The notes beneath the pieces are model-generated. The model was not told the DNA's origin. It searched no databases and saw nothing but the letters and a program-made list of their open reading frames with translations. Both the position numbers and the translations under genes were made by a program. DNA of 64,000 nt from Limisphaerales bacterium (GTDB taxonomy: Bacteria; Verrucomicrobiota; Verrucomicrobiia; Limisphaerales; UBA9464), in contig OZ260084.1 in the NCBI GenBank assembly GCA_965284395.1, forward strand, positions 3,158,566-3,222,565, read 5' to 3'. Shown here in pieces: positions 45,080 to 54,678 of this stretch. The first letter of the stretch is position 1; each line of letters starts with the position of its first letter.

Positions 45080-48000
45080 CTACAACTTCGGGTCGAGGGA
45101 TTCCCGGATGAAGTCGAACCGCTGGTCTGACTTCAGCTGCGTGCGGAGGTTCGCGCTTGCCGGGTTGGTCGCGAGGCGCGAATCACTGAGCTGAAAGGCC
45201 TTTCGCAGGCTGCCGGCGGCTGAACTGGACTTGCCTTGGACCGCCTGGACGGCGGCGAGCTGGTACCAGGCCTCCGGGCTGTCAGGCACCAGCCGGGCAT
45301 AACGCTCCATGGTGCCCTCGACGCGGTCGACGCGCTGGAGTTGCTGGTAGGCTTGGGCAAGGGAAGCGAGCGTGCGCAGGTCTGCATCCGGCTTCGCCAA
45401 CAGGCTGTCCAGGACGGCGACGCCTTCGTTGCTGCGCCCGGTGTTGAACAGGGTACTGGCCAGGTTGAACGCCGACTCCAGGTTGGTCGCGCCCGTCGAT
45501 GGGAAGGCGGCCGTCGATGGTTGCGCCGGCGTGCCGACCCCGGCTGCCGGCAGCGGCGAGTCCTTGTAGGGCTCGAGCTGCTTCAGGAGATCGCGGATGC
45601 CCACGTTGTCCGGGTCGATCTCGTAGCAGGTGGCGACGACGCGGTAGGCGTCGGGGTACCGGCCAAGACCGGCGAGCAGGGACGCGTAGTTGAAGACCGT
45701 TTCCGGGCTGTACGGGCAAAAGGCGAAGGCCTGCTTCATCGCGAACTCGGCCTCCTTGATCAGCTTGGCCTGATAGACCGGGTCGCGGGCTTCCTGCGCG
45801 CGCCAGCCGTAGACGGACTTGCCGATGGCATTGCGGAGCTTGCTGAAGGCTTTCTGGGCGTTGTCGTCCCGTACAAAACGCGCGTCGCCCTTGAACCCGG
45901 CGTAATCCCGGAGTCGGTAGGTGCGGATGGCAAAGTCACACACATCCTTCACGGGAGTTTCGTAGGTGATCCAGTTGCCGATGAACCGTTCGGAGTACTG
46001 GGACCAGTACTCGTGATCCCGCTGCAGCTGGTCATCGGAAAGCTGGGCGACGGGCTCACGTTCGATCTTGAGGATGATGCCGTACGGAACGAGGTGCGGA
46101 TACATCCAGTCGAGCGCAAAGCTCTCTTCGACGTAGAAGGAGTGATCCGGGTTCTTGTCGAAGATGACCTTGGTAAGGAGTCCGTTGATCGACATGACCG
46201 CGGTCTGTCCCGAGACCGAGACCCGTCCGTCGGGAAGCTGGGTCAGCACTTCGCCCGGCTTCAATTGCCGGGACTGGGCGCGGCGTTGGGCATCGATGCT
46301 GTACTCCTCGAAACAGCGCCTCAGGTCATCGGGAGTGGGAGTCTGGATCTCCCGGTCTGGATAAAGTCCGCCCGGGCTTGGAACGATGAGGCCAGGGTAG
46401 GCTTCCTCGATGAGGAGTCGGTTGAGACGGATGCGATTGTGGCCCGTCGGAGCCTGGGCGGCAAAACGCGCGACGTGATCCGACAATTTGACCGCGGCGA
46501 ACCGGCTCTTCTCGAAGAAGGACGGTCCCTCGATGAACTGGTTGAGCCCCTCGATGAGCGCGGCGGTCTCGTCACTGCCTGCGGGGCCAAGCTTCTCCTT
46601 TAGATACGCCGACACGGGGTCTGCAGCGGCGGTGATCTTTGCCTTCAATGCGGCAACGTCCTTGAAGTCAACGGCCTGGAAATAGGACGAACCCGCTCGG
46701 CGCTCTTTCTCGATCGAGTCGCCCATGGCGGTCATCCATCGATCGATCGGCCCCATCATCTTGGCCCAGTCGTTGGTTCGACCACGGGAGATCGAGACGG
46801 AGTCGTTCAGCATGGAGTAGAAGAACGGCGGATCGTTCTGGGCACTGCGATTGTAGTGCGCGCGGATGTAGTCGAGGTAGGTGTTGTCCGCGAGTGCGTT
46901 CTGGGTGATCAGGTAGACGTCCCGCCGGTCGAAATTGGGGTTCCGGCGATGCTGCGGGGGGATGAAACTCTCGCAGAAGATCATGTAGGTCGGGCAGAAT
47001 CGTCCCGGATCGGTACCACCGAACAGCACGGTGTGCTTGTCCATCGACGGGTACAGTGGTTTTCCGTCCTTCCCCTTCGGGGCCGGTGCAGCGGACGTAT
47101 CCGCCCCGGGTTCAAACATGTCGTGGCCAAACCAGAATCCAAAGTAGTGGTCGCGCTGCTCGTTGTCGGCCCAGTGATCTAGGATCGAGTCAACGGGGAT
47201 CAACGTGAAGACGGCCAAGACCAACCCAAGGCGATTGCGGCTGTTGGGATCGGGTGGGACAGGCGCATTGGGTTTGCCCGCTGGTGCATGCTGAAATGCG
47301 ACAGTCGTCTCCTGCCAGATCAGGAAGAGGACAAGCAGGATCCCCGCAATTCCCAAGCTGATCCCAGCAGCCAGACGGGGGATGAAGAACACGTTGATGT
47401 CATCCCGGAAAACCTCGATCAGTTGGTACAGATTCAGGGAGACCGCCAAGGTCGCGCCGCCCAGCAGAAAGACCCTCCACTTCGAGTACGCATGTTGTAC
47501 CAGGGCCCCCACGATCGCGAGACCGTAACCGACCACCATGGCGATCATGACGTGCGAGGAGGTGTAGAACACTTTCACCAACTCTCTCGACTGCTTGTCG
47601 GTCTGCGCGTTGAGGAGGTAGATGAGGAGGAATGCCAGGCAGAAGTAGGTTGTGCTCAGGCCGATCAGCCAGCCCCGCTCGCGTTGCCTGAAGCGCCGGA
47701 TCAGGATGAACGGGACGATCGCGAAGATCAGGTTTGCGAGGTTGAATTCCTCTTTGACACCACCGAAATACGCGAGGATTTGATCGATCGTGATTCCCGG
47801 TGAGGTCTTCTCGTACTGGCCACGGGTAAAGGCGTGGATGAAGCCGTCCCAGACCCGGGGATACCCCCAGTTCAACGGCGGATTCGTCACCGACGCCAGG
47901 GGCATGTAGAAGTAGTGGAGCGCTCCCACTCCGAATGACAGCCCAGACAAAATGACGATGTGAAGCCGTGTGGCAATTGCCCCGGTCAGCACCGCCGTCC

Positions 48001-48895
48001 AGATCGTCCCGATGGCCGAAAGGATGCCGACGAGGTTGAAGATCAGAAGAAGGGCGGGGTTCTCCGTGAAGGTCCTGATCTTGCCGCTGGCGTGCCCGAC
48101 GAGGCCGAGTACCCAGCAAAACGTGTTCAACAGAAGGAAGTCCCGGCCTACCCGACGATCCGCCATCAGCACAAAGACCTCGAGGCCCATCGCGGCAACG
48201 ATGAGGGTTTGGTGATTGCAGAACGAGATGCCGAAGAGGAAGCAAGCAATGTAAAGGTGCCGGCGCTGGTGAGGAAACCAGCTGTACTTCTTGAGGCAGA
48301 ACAGTACGCCCATCAAGGACCAGACCGCGATGGTGTAAACCTCTACGATGACGGCTTGGCTCCAGATGTAGCCGTTGAAACCCAACAGCATTCCGGACAC
48401 GAAACCCGTTACCAGGGAAATCCGGTTGTCGAGGGAGGCGTCGCGGTCCTTCAGAAGGTCGACCGAATCGAGGATCAGCGCGGATCCGCGGGAGACCAGC
48501 ATTGCCACCATGCCGGCAGACATGGCCGCCGCGAAGGCAGACGACACTGCCACCCGCCACGCTATGTTGGAGAAGGGAAGGAGCTTGGTGAAGAGCCACG
48601 TATAAACGGTCCAGACAGGGTAGCCCGGCGGGTGTGGCACGCCTGCATACATCGAGGCCACGGCAAGCTCCCCGGAATCCTCCAGGGTCATGTCGGGGGC
48701 GATTGTGTACATGTAGCCCGCCATGACGATGATCGTGACGAGCACGAAGGCCAGCCAGTCGACAGGGCGCAACAGTCGCCCTAGCGGCGGCGGAGCCTCG
48801 ACCTTGCTGCCGCCGCCCCCCCCGGCGACTGAACTCATCTTGGGGACCGACGGTGCGCCGGATGGGACGCTCGAAGTGGAACTCGCTTGTGCCAT
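45080..48895 (-). CDS. DUF2723-type giant membrane protein (PMT/glycosyltransferase-39-like) with C-terminal TPR repeats
   Basis: 1271 aa; N-terminal ~500 aa polytopic; C-terminal TPR-like helices; operonic with ECF sigma / anti-sigma. Confidence 0.75.
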   Translation of the reverse strand: MAQASSTSSVPSGAPSVPKMSSVAGGGGGSKVEAPPPLGRLLRPVDWLAFVLVTIIVMAGYMYTIAPDMTLEDSGELAVASMYAGVPHPPGYPVWTVYTWLFTKLLPFSNIAWRVAVSSAFAAAMSAGMVAMLVSRGSALILDSVDLLKDRDASLDNRISLVTGFVSGMLLGFNGYIWSQAVIVEVYTIAVWSLMGVLFCLKKYSWFPHQRRHLYIACFLFGISFCNHQTLIVAAMGLEVFVLMADRRVGRDFLLLNTFCWVLGLVGHASGKIRTFTENPALLLIFNLVGILSAIGTIWTAVLTGAIATRLHIVILSGLSFGVGALHYFYMPLASVTNPPLNWGYPRVWDGFIHAFTRGQYEKTSPGITIDQILAYFGGVKEEFNLANLIFAIVPFILIRRFRQRERGWLIGLSTTYFCLAFLLIYLLNAQTDKQSRELVKVFYTSSHVMIAMVVGYGLAIVGALVQHAYSKWRVFLLGGATLAVSLNLYQLIEVFRDDINVFFIPRLAAGISLGIAGILLVLFLIWQETTVAFQHAPAGKPNAPVPPDPNSRNRLGLVLAVFTLIPVDSILDHWADNEQRDHYFGFWFGHDMFEPGADTSAAPAPKGKDGKPLYPSMDKHTVLFGGTDPGRFCPTYMIFCESFIPPQHRRNPNFDRRDVYLITQNALADNTYLDYIRAHYNRSAQNDPPFFYSMLNDSVSISRGRTNDWAKMMGPIDRWMTAMGDSIEKERRAGSSYFQAVDFKDVAALKAKITAAADPVSAYLKEKLGPAGSDETAALIEGLNQFIEGPSFFEKSRFAAVKLSDHVARFAAQAPTGHNRIRLNRLLIEEAYPGLIVPSPGGLYPDREIQTPTPDDLRRCFEEYSIDAQRRAQSRQLKPGEVLTQLPDGRVSVSGQTAVMSINGLLTKVIFDKNPDHSFYVEESFALDWMYPHLVPYGIILKIEREPVAQLSDDQLQRDHEYWSQYSERFIGNWITYETPVKDVCDFAIRTYRLRDYAGFKGDARFVRDDNAQKAFSKLRNAIGKSVYGWRAQEARDPVYQAKLIKEAEFAMKQAFAFCPYSPETVFNYASLLAGLGRYPDAYRVVATCYEIDPDNVGIRDLLKQLEPYKDSPLPAAGVGTPAQPSTAAFPSTGATNLESAFNLASTLFNTGRSNEGVAVLDSLLAKPDADLRTLASLAQAYQQLQRVDRVEGTMERYARLVPDSPEAWYQLAAVQAVQGKSSSAAGSLRKAFQLSDSRLATNPASANLRTQLKSDQRFDFIRESLDPKL

Positions 48896-48925
48896 GGGAA
48901 AATCAGATTCGAATGCCGAAGCAAT

Positions 48926-49252
48926 TCAAAGGGTGCCTTGGGAGGCGTTGGTTGTCGGAAGACTGGGTAGGTTGGTGATGGTGAAACTGGCGACTGGGAG
49001 ACAGTTCTGCGCGACGAGTGTGGAGAGTCCAGTAGCCCGGTTCACACCCTCCGGGACGACCGTTGCAGCTGCAGGCGACCAGGCGATCGTGACGGCAAAA
49101 AGCCACACAGAGGTGACGACGAGGCAGACTCGCATCCAGGGCTCACCGAGGCGCGAGATCGTGGCAGCATCCGCGGATGACTGGAAAATCCTTCGCCGCA
49201 GGGCCTGGGACGCCGGCCTCGGCTTCCATGGTGGGATGGGTCCGGTTTTCAT
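48926..49252 (-). CDS. Putative anti-sigma factor (single TM)
   Basis: ATGA overlap with ECF sigma stop; TM 'MRVCLVVTSVWLFAVTIAW'. Confidence 0.4.
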   Translation of the reverse strand: MKTGPIPPWKPRPASQALRRRIFQSSADAATISRLGEPWMRVCLVVTSVWLFAVTIAWSPAAATVVPEGVNRATGLSTLVAQNCLPVASFTITNLPSLPTTNASQGTL

Positions 49253-49779
49253 GAAGTGGGGCAGGGGAAGAAACTGGGATCTTCCGAGAGCTTCAGGTGG
49301 CGCCGCAGATGTTCCACCCCATAGCGATACCTCCCGGCTGCGGTGTTGGGGCTAACCCCGGTGACTTCGGCGATCTCCTCGAAGGTCATCGCATGCCAGA
49401 ACTTCAGGACGATGACCTCTCGCTGCTCGGCAGGAAGTCTAGCCAGAGCCTCCATCGCTGACCGTTCGGCTGGGTGTGGATCCTCCGCAGGCTCGAACCA
49501 GTCGCGGCTTTCAAGTTCGCGCGCCAATCGTCGCCAGAGACTGCGCTTGCGGTTCAGCGCGTGATTGCGGAACGCACGGACGAGATAATGGGACGGCTTG
49601 CGGGGCGGTTCAGGCCGCTGCAGGAGCTCCGCAAACACGTCCTGGACCGAATCCTCGGCCTCCGAATGCCCGAGTCCCAACGCCCGGCCATACAGGATCA
49701 AGCAGGCCGCGTGGGCCTCAAAGAGGTCCTCAGCCCAGTGGCTCCTGTTGGTGTTCCCGCCGGCCATTTCGAATACCAT
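49249..49779 (-). CDS. ECF-family RNA polymerase sigma factor
   Basis: sigma-70 region 2 'LILYGRALGLGHSEAEDSVQDVFAEL' and region 4 'REVIVLKFWHAMTFEEIAEVTGVSPNTA'; start MVFEMAGG (ATG 49779); upstream part of ORF is antisense-tRNA artefact. Confidence 0.8.
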   Translation of the reverse strand: MVFEMAGGNTNRSHWAEDLFEAHAACLILYGRALGLGHSEAEDSVQDVFAELLQRPEPPRKPSHYLVRAFRNHALNRKRSLWRRLARELESRDWFEPAEDPHPAERSAMEALARLPAEQREVIVLKFWHAMTFEEIAEVTGVSPNTAAGRYRYGVEHLRRHLKLSEDPSFFPCPTS

Positions 49780-50064
49780 GACACCGGGGCCGGCGTTTTT
49801 GTATGCCCGGGACGAAAAAAGTTCGTCGAACTCCTCGTGCGTCCGGCGCGGAGGCCTTCGGTGCGGGTATTGGCTTTCCGCGGTTCCTCGCCTCTTGGAT
49901 TCGGGGATGACTCCTGACGTTGGCCTGCGGCAACTACGATCGGAGTACCAAAACCCGTTCGGCCCGACCCGGAGGCGTGGATGCCGGTGGGCCCTAGATC
50001 CTGAGTTATGCCCGGAAGGTGGGCTTTGCAGAGGGTTTCCGGACCAATTTCCGGAACCCGTGTT

Positions 50065-50149
50065 TGGTGCGCACGGCAGGACTTGAACCTGCACGCCGTA
50101 AGGCACTACCACCTCAAAGTAGCGCGTCTGCCAATTCCGCCACGTGCGC
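50065..50149 (-). tRNA. tRNA-Leu (anticodon GAG), long variable arm, encoded CCA
   Basis: rc: gcgcacg tg gcggaattggcagacgc gctact ttGAGgt ggtag tgccttacggcgtgc aggttcaagtcct gccgtgcgc a cca. Confidence 0.8.
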
Positions 50150-50189
50150 ATTAAACATCCCCTTACGGGGCCTCCGTTAGGAGGGCAGA

Positions 50190-50267
50190 TGGTCGGGGCG
50201 GTGAGATTTGAACTCACGACCTCTTGTACCCGAAACAAGCGCGCTAGCCAGGCTACGCTACGCCCCG
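50190..50267 (-). tRNA. tRNA-Pro (anticodon CGG), encoded CCA
   Basis: rc: cggggcg ta gcgtagcctggctagcgcgc ttgtt ttCGGgt acaag aggtc gtgagttcaaatctcac cgccccg a cca. Confidence 0.8.
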
Positions 50268-50829
50268 AACCAAAATGCGGGCGGAACATGCGGAACGTAG
50301 CCGACGACTGCAACGGTTTTCTTTCTTCGGTACCAAAAATCTGCCGAGAACCCAGTGCATGGCAGGCAAAGGGGCCGTGCCCGCTTGCCGTCGGCTGCAC
50401 CACCTCAGAACACAGCGGACCTAACGGGCCCGCGAGCAGTGCCGCTCAAACTGTGAGTTGGCCCGGCCGCGGAAGGCTACTGATGACTGCGGCCAAAAAC
50501 CCCGGATCGGATGCCGATAGCGTGGAGTTCAGGCCAGCGCCGAGCGGTGGCGTGTCGAGAAGTCGGTCCATCTCGGCTCTTGGCCATGAGCCCATGAAAA
50601 AGGCACGGCAGACTCTTGAACCTGGAAAAGGCAGTTGGAACCACGGATGGCAGGTATGTGGTTTGTCAACGAGAGCCTGAGAAAACCGAAGGGAAAATCT
50701 TTCGTGGGCCAAGCATGCTGACTGCACCAGGGCGCGTGGTGCCGGCGCCAGCACCCAGCCTGGGAAAGGAGAGAACGGTGGGCCTACGCCTTTGCCGTCC
50801 TCCCCTCTCCGTTTCTAGGCGGCCAAAAC

Positions 50830-52400
50830 TTTCCGCCGAAGGCGGCTCTTTTCAATTCCCTTTTGCGCTTCCGCGCTTTTGCCTGACTTCCCCTGCGTCT
50901 AGGTCGCCACGGCCGACGCTGGAACCGTCATGACGGCTTCATTGGCAGGGGGCTGCGCTTGCGCACCCAAGTCTTGGGCGGGAGGACTGTTTCGGAGGGT
51001 GTACTCCCGGCCCGACTTGCGGGTGCGGAGGATTTCCATCGCCTGTTCCCGAGCGTCCTTGCGGGTGATGCCCAGTGCGTCGAGGCCCTGTTGGCCGACG
51101 CGGGAGATGATTTTTCCGAGCTTCTGGACCATGGGTTTGGCGGCTTGCTCCATGGGGTCGGTGAGTCCCATGAGCGAGTACCAGACCTGGGTGATGAGCT
51201 TGCGGGCCAAGGCTGCCACCACAAGCGAGACCTCGCCCTTTCGGCCCAGCAGCTTGCGGCCCCAGTCGCTGTTGGGATGCTTGGATGAACGCAGCAGCGA
51301 GTGGCCTGCCTCGATGAGAAGGGCGCGGAGATCCTTGTGCCCATGCCCCTTGATGCCGCCTGACTTGGTACCCTTGCCACTGTCGTCGAAGGCGGGGTTG
51401 AGGCCGACGAACTTGACGAGGGATTTCGGGGACTTGAATCGGTTGATGTCACCAACGACTGCCCCGATGGCGAAGGCGATGACATCGCGGATGCCGGTGA
51501 GTCGGGTAAGTTCGAGGAGCTTTGGATCCTGGAGGACCTGTTGGGCGACGAGGCTGGCCAAGCGTCGCTCGAGTTCGATGTGGTATTCGAGTTCGAGCAA
51601 GCGGATCTCCAGGATCTGGGTCTGCATTGGATTCCAGGTCCTGGCCTTGAGGATGGCGGTGCGGCGTTCGTCACGGCCGAGGTCCAGGAGGGACTCTCCC
51701 AGTCGGACGCCGTTGTCACTGAGGTAGGAGGAGAGGGAATTGTTGGCGGCAGTGACGCCCTTGACGGCCCTGCGGTGTGCGTGGAAGAGGTCGCGTCGCT
51801 CCTGGGTGAGTGGATCGGGGACCCAGACGAGCTTGGCGTTGCCGCAGAGGTAGGCGCGAGCGATGCGGGTGGCGCTGATGCGGTCGTTGTTGGCGTGTGA
51901 TTCCTTGAGCTTGCCGATGAAGACACTCTCCAGAACGAGAGCGTTGCGCTCGATGGCGCGCAGCTTGCGGACGGCGTCAAAGGTGTTGCCGGAGGCCTCC
52001 AGGACAAGGGTGTCGGTGGGGAGGGTGTTCTTCTTGGCCCAGGAAGCGAGCTGGGCGATGGGAACCTTGTTGAAGGTTTGCAGCACAACAGCCGCCAGGG
52101 GAGTAGGCCCTTGGAGGATGGAGGCGGTGAAGGAATCCGGGTGGACGTCGAGACCGACGACCCGGGATACGGTGGGTGGTATGGATGATTGCTGCACTGG
52201 ACAGGATGTGTTAGTGAGCAGGTGGACGGAGACGGGCCAGGCGACTACATGCACTCAGGTATGCGGGGCGGTCCCCAATGTAGGTGCTTTTCGCCGAAGC
52301 TCGATTCACAGAAACGGAGTGTTGAGCTCCAAGTGCAATCAACGAGCAACTCCCGAAGTGCCACCTGTCTGTTTAGCAAAGACCGACAGGCCCAAAGGTG
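50830..52400 (-). mobile_element. IS110-family insertion sequence (approximate bounds)
   Basis: transposase ORF plus GC hairpin/T-tract 50833-50860; IS110 elements lack clear TIRs so ends are not defined from sequence. Confidence 0.4.
50899..52254 (-). CDS. IS110-family (DEDD) transposase
   Basis: N-terminal 'VVGLDVHPDSFTASIL' and C-terminal 'LTGIRDVIAFAIGAVVGDINRFKSPKSLVKFVGLNPAFDDSGK...DLRALLIEAGHSLL' IS110 blocks; start codon uncertain (GTG). Confidence 0.8.
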   Translation of the reverse strand: MHVVAWPVSVHLLTNTSCPVQQSSIPPTVSRVVGLDVHPDSFTASILQGPTPLAAVVLQTFNKVPIAQLASWAKKNTLPTDTLVLEASGNTFDAVRKLRAIERNALVLESVFIGKLKESHANNDRISATRIARAYLCGNAKLVWVPDPLTQERRDLFHAHRRAVKGVTAANNSLSSYLSDNGVRLGESLLDLGRDERRTAILKARTWNPMQTQILEIRLLELEYHIELERRLASLVAQQVLQDPKLLELTRLTGIRDVIAFAIGAVVGDINRFKSPKSLVKFVGLNPAFDDSGKGTKSGGIKGHGHKDLRALLIEAGHSLLRSSKHPNSDWGRKLLGRKGEVSLVVAALARKLITQVWYSLMGLTDPMEQAAKPMVQKLGKIISRVGQQGLDALGITRKDAREQAMEILRTRKSGREYTLRNSPPAQDLGAQAQPPANEAVMTVPASAVAT

Positions 52401-52494
52401 TACCCGTCTCCGTCCATCCTGCAATTGCTACCCGAGTGCTCCCGGGACCGCACACAAACCTCATACCCTCACGGATGACACGGATAAGCCGGAA

Positions 52495-52625
52495 CTTGGC
52501 TTGGGATCGCCGCGCACCTGCGAGGTGAGCGCTCGACCGGGATGGAAACCTTCATTCCAGCCCTGTCCATCCGTGGAATCTGTGAAATCCGTGGTCAAAA
52601 AACCGCCGCTTTTGGGTTGAAATCA
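52495..52625. repeat. Intergenic repeat element, copy C (shorter)
   Basis: ttgggatcgccgcg...gggatggaaac...ccatccgtggaatctgtgaaatccgtggtcaaaaaaccgccgcttttgggttgaaa aligns with right halves of copies A/B including the 3x9-bp array. Confidence 0.4.
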
Positions 52626-53035
52626 GCGCCCGCCCGCGGAGTGGATGCCGGAAAGATGGAGCGACACCCCTGCCATTCAGCATCAGACCGATGATCGGAA
52701 AATCGGGCACGCGCCCCCGGCGAAAGCCTGGCGATGGGCGCGGTGAGATTGGCCGTCGAAGCGGGCTAAGGGTGAGGTAGTGCTCCTTGGCGACCTCCGT
52801 CAGTTGAACTGTTCGATGGTTGGCTCGGGGATGGTGAAGCTTGCCTTGGGTGCGCATCCCGTAAGCCCAAACTACATAAAAGCCGATCCATGGGTGGGCC
52901 ATGCCAATGCAGGTCCAGCAAAGGACTCCGGCCGAGTGGTTGAACCCAGCGAGGGAACCCATCATGCAGCCCTGAGATGATCGCGGGACGCGGAACCCTT
53001 TTGAGGATGGATTTGAAAATTCTCAAAAAAAAGCG

Positions 53036-53063
53036 TTGCGACTTCGGCGGCGATTCCTAATCT
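53036..53063 (+). promoter_or_regulatory. Candidate sigma-70 promoter of ribosomal-protein operon (TTGCGA-N16-TAATCT)
   Basis: in AT-richer leader ~130 bp upstream of rplB; preceded by hairpin ttttgag-N15-ctcaaaa + A-run. Confidence 0.25.
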
Positions 53064-53195
53064 CTGCGCTCCCGTTTCGCCTCTAACAGGGCAAAACGAT
53101 GAGCCCGGCCGATAACCAAGTTGCTCCAGGCAACTGGGAGTGATGGCTGAGTGCACGCCAGCGAGTGCTGCGTGTCCGAATTTGAATTTTTGCCT

Positions 53196-54044
53196 GTGAA
53201 AACATTTAGGCCTCTAACGCCCTCGACGCGTTACATGACGTACGCCGACTTTTCGGACATCACGAAGAGTCGTCCGGAGAAGTCGCTGGTTTATACCCGC
53301 AAGAAATCTGGCGGCCGTAATAGTTACGGCCGGGTGACCGCCCGAGCGATCGGTGGCGGACACAAACAGAAGGTTCGGGTGGTAGACTTCCGACGCAGCA
53401 AGATCGGCATCGAAGCCAAGGTGGTCGCTGTGGAGTATGATCCGATCCGGAGCGCCCGGCTTGCTCTCGTCGAATACACCGACGGTGATCGGCGATACAT
53501 CATTTGCCCTGAAGGGCTCAAGGTGGGCACGACCATCATGAATGGTCCCTCGGCCCCTCCTACGGTGGGGAATTGCCTTCCCCTCTCCGCTATCCCCATG
53601 GGTGTCACGGTTCATAATGTTGAGCTGGTGCCGGGCAAGGGCGGTCAAATGGTTCGCTCGGCAGGCTCTGGAGCGACGCTGATGTCGAGGGACGCTGGGT
53701 ATGCTCAGCTTCGCCTTCCCTCTGGCGAAATCCGCAAGGTTCATGAGAACTGCGTCGCCACCATCGGTCAGGTAGGCAACACCCAGCATGAGAATGTTGT
53801 CCTCGGCAAGGCCGGCCGCAGCATCCATCGGGGACGTCGTCCGATGTCCCGAGGCATGGTCCGCAATCCTGTGGACCATCCCAACGGTGGCGGTCAGGGT
53901 AAGTCCAAGGGTGGTGGTGGTCGCCAGCATCTAGTCTCGCCGTGGGGTGTCCTTGCCAAGGGCTATCGCACTCGCGAAAAGCGCAAGAATTCCAACCGGT
54001 TCATCCTGGTTCGCCGGGACGGCCGACCGATGAAGCTCAAGTAA
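53196..54044 (+). CDS. rplB: 50S ribosomal protein L2
   Basis: '[27 protein letters not shown]', '[22 protein letters not shown]', '[13 protein letters not shown]'; GTG start. Confidence 0.95.
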   Translation: MKTFRPLTPSTRYMTYADFSDITKSRPEKSLVYTRKKSGGRNSYGRVTARAIGGGHKQKVRVVDFRRSKIGIEAKVVAVEYDPIRSARLALVEYTDGDRRYIICPEGLKVGTTIMNGPSAPPTVGNCLPLSAIPMGVTVHNVELVPGKGGQMVRSAGSGATLMSRDAGYAQLRLPSGEIRKVHENCVATIGQVGNTQHENVVLGKAGRSIHRGRRPMSRGMVRNPVDHPNGGGQGKSKGGGGRQHLVSPWGVLAKGYRTREKRKNSNRFILVRRDGRPMKLK

Positions 54045-54048
54045 GCAT

Positions 54049-54330
54049 ATGGGACGTTCTCTCAAGAAAGGGCCGTTTGTGGACCAACACCTGATGGACA
54101 AGGTCCAAAAGGCTCGGGCTACAAAGTCCAAGGCACCGATCAAGACGTGGTCGCGCCGATCGACCATCACCCCCGACTTCGTCGGGCTCACCGTCAACGT
54201 GCACAACGGGCGTGTGTTCAATCCTGTGTTCATCACTGAAAACATGGTTGGACATAAGTTGGGCGAGTTCAGCCTCACCCGCACGTTCAAGAAGCATGGT
54301 GCCCATACCGCGAAGGCGGAGGCCAAGTAG
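54049..54330 (+). CDS. rpsS: 30S ribosomal protein S19
   Basis: '[19 protein letters not shown]...[23 protein letters not shown]'. Confidence 0.95.
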   Translation: MGRSLKKGPFVDQHLMDKVQKARATKSKAPIKTWSRRSTITPDFVGLTVNVHNGRVFNPVFITENMVGHKLGEFSLTRTFKKHGAHTAKAEAK

Positions 54331-54341
54331 GAAGGAATCCC

Positions 54342-54674
54342 ATGGAAGTGCACGCAATCTACAAGAATTTCCGCATGTCCCCGCAGAAAGTGCGGGAGGT
54401 GGTGCGACAGGTTCAGGGAATGAACGCAGTTCAGGCTCTGGCCGTCCTGAAGGTGGTGCCTCGCAAGTCCGCACGTGCGGTTGCGAAAACCCTGCAATCC
54501 GCCATCGCAAATGCCGAAAACAACCATGGTCTCAAGGCAGAGACCCTGAGGGTTTCCGGTGCCTTCGCCCAGACCGCCGGATCATTCAAGCGCTTCGTCC
54601 CGAAGGCTCGGGGCTCCGCTGGTCCGATCATCAAGCGAAACAGCCACATCAAGATCGTCCTCAGCGACAACTGA
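54342..54674 (+). CDS. rplV: 50S ribosomal protein L22
   Basis: 'RMSPQKVREVVRQVQGMNAVQALAVLK'. Confidence 0.9.
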   Translation: MEVHAIYKNFRMSPQKVREVVRQVQGMNAVQALAVLKVVPRKSARAVAKTLQSAIANAENNHGLKAETLRVSGAFAQTAGSFKRFVPKARGSAGPIIKRNSHIKIVLSDN

Positions 54675-54678
54675 TCCT

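Noticed and set aside
49780-50403. N-terminal extension of the ECF sigma ORF containing '...VVSSNLTAPT...'
   Set aside because: This peptide is the classic antisense translation of tRNA genes; two tRNAs lie here on the minus strand.
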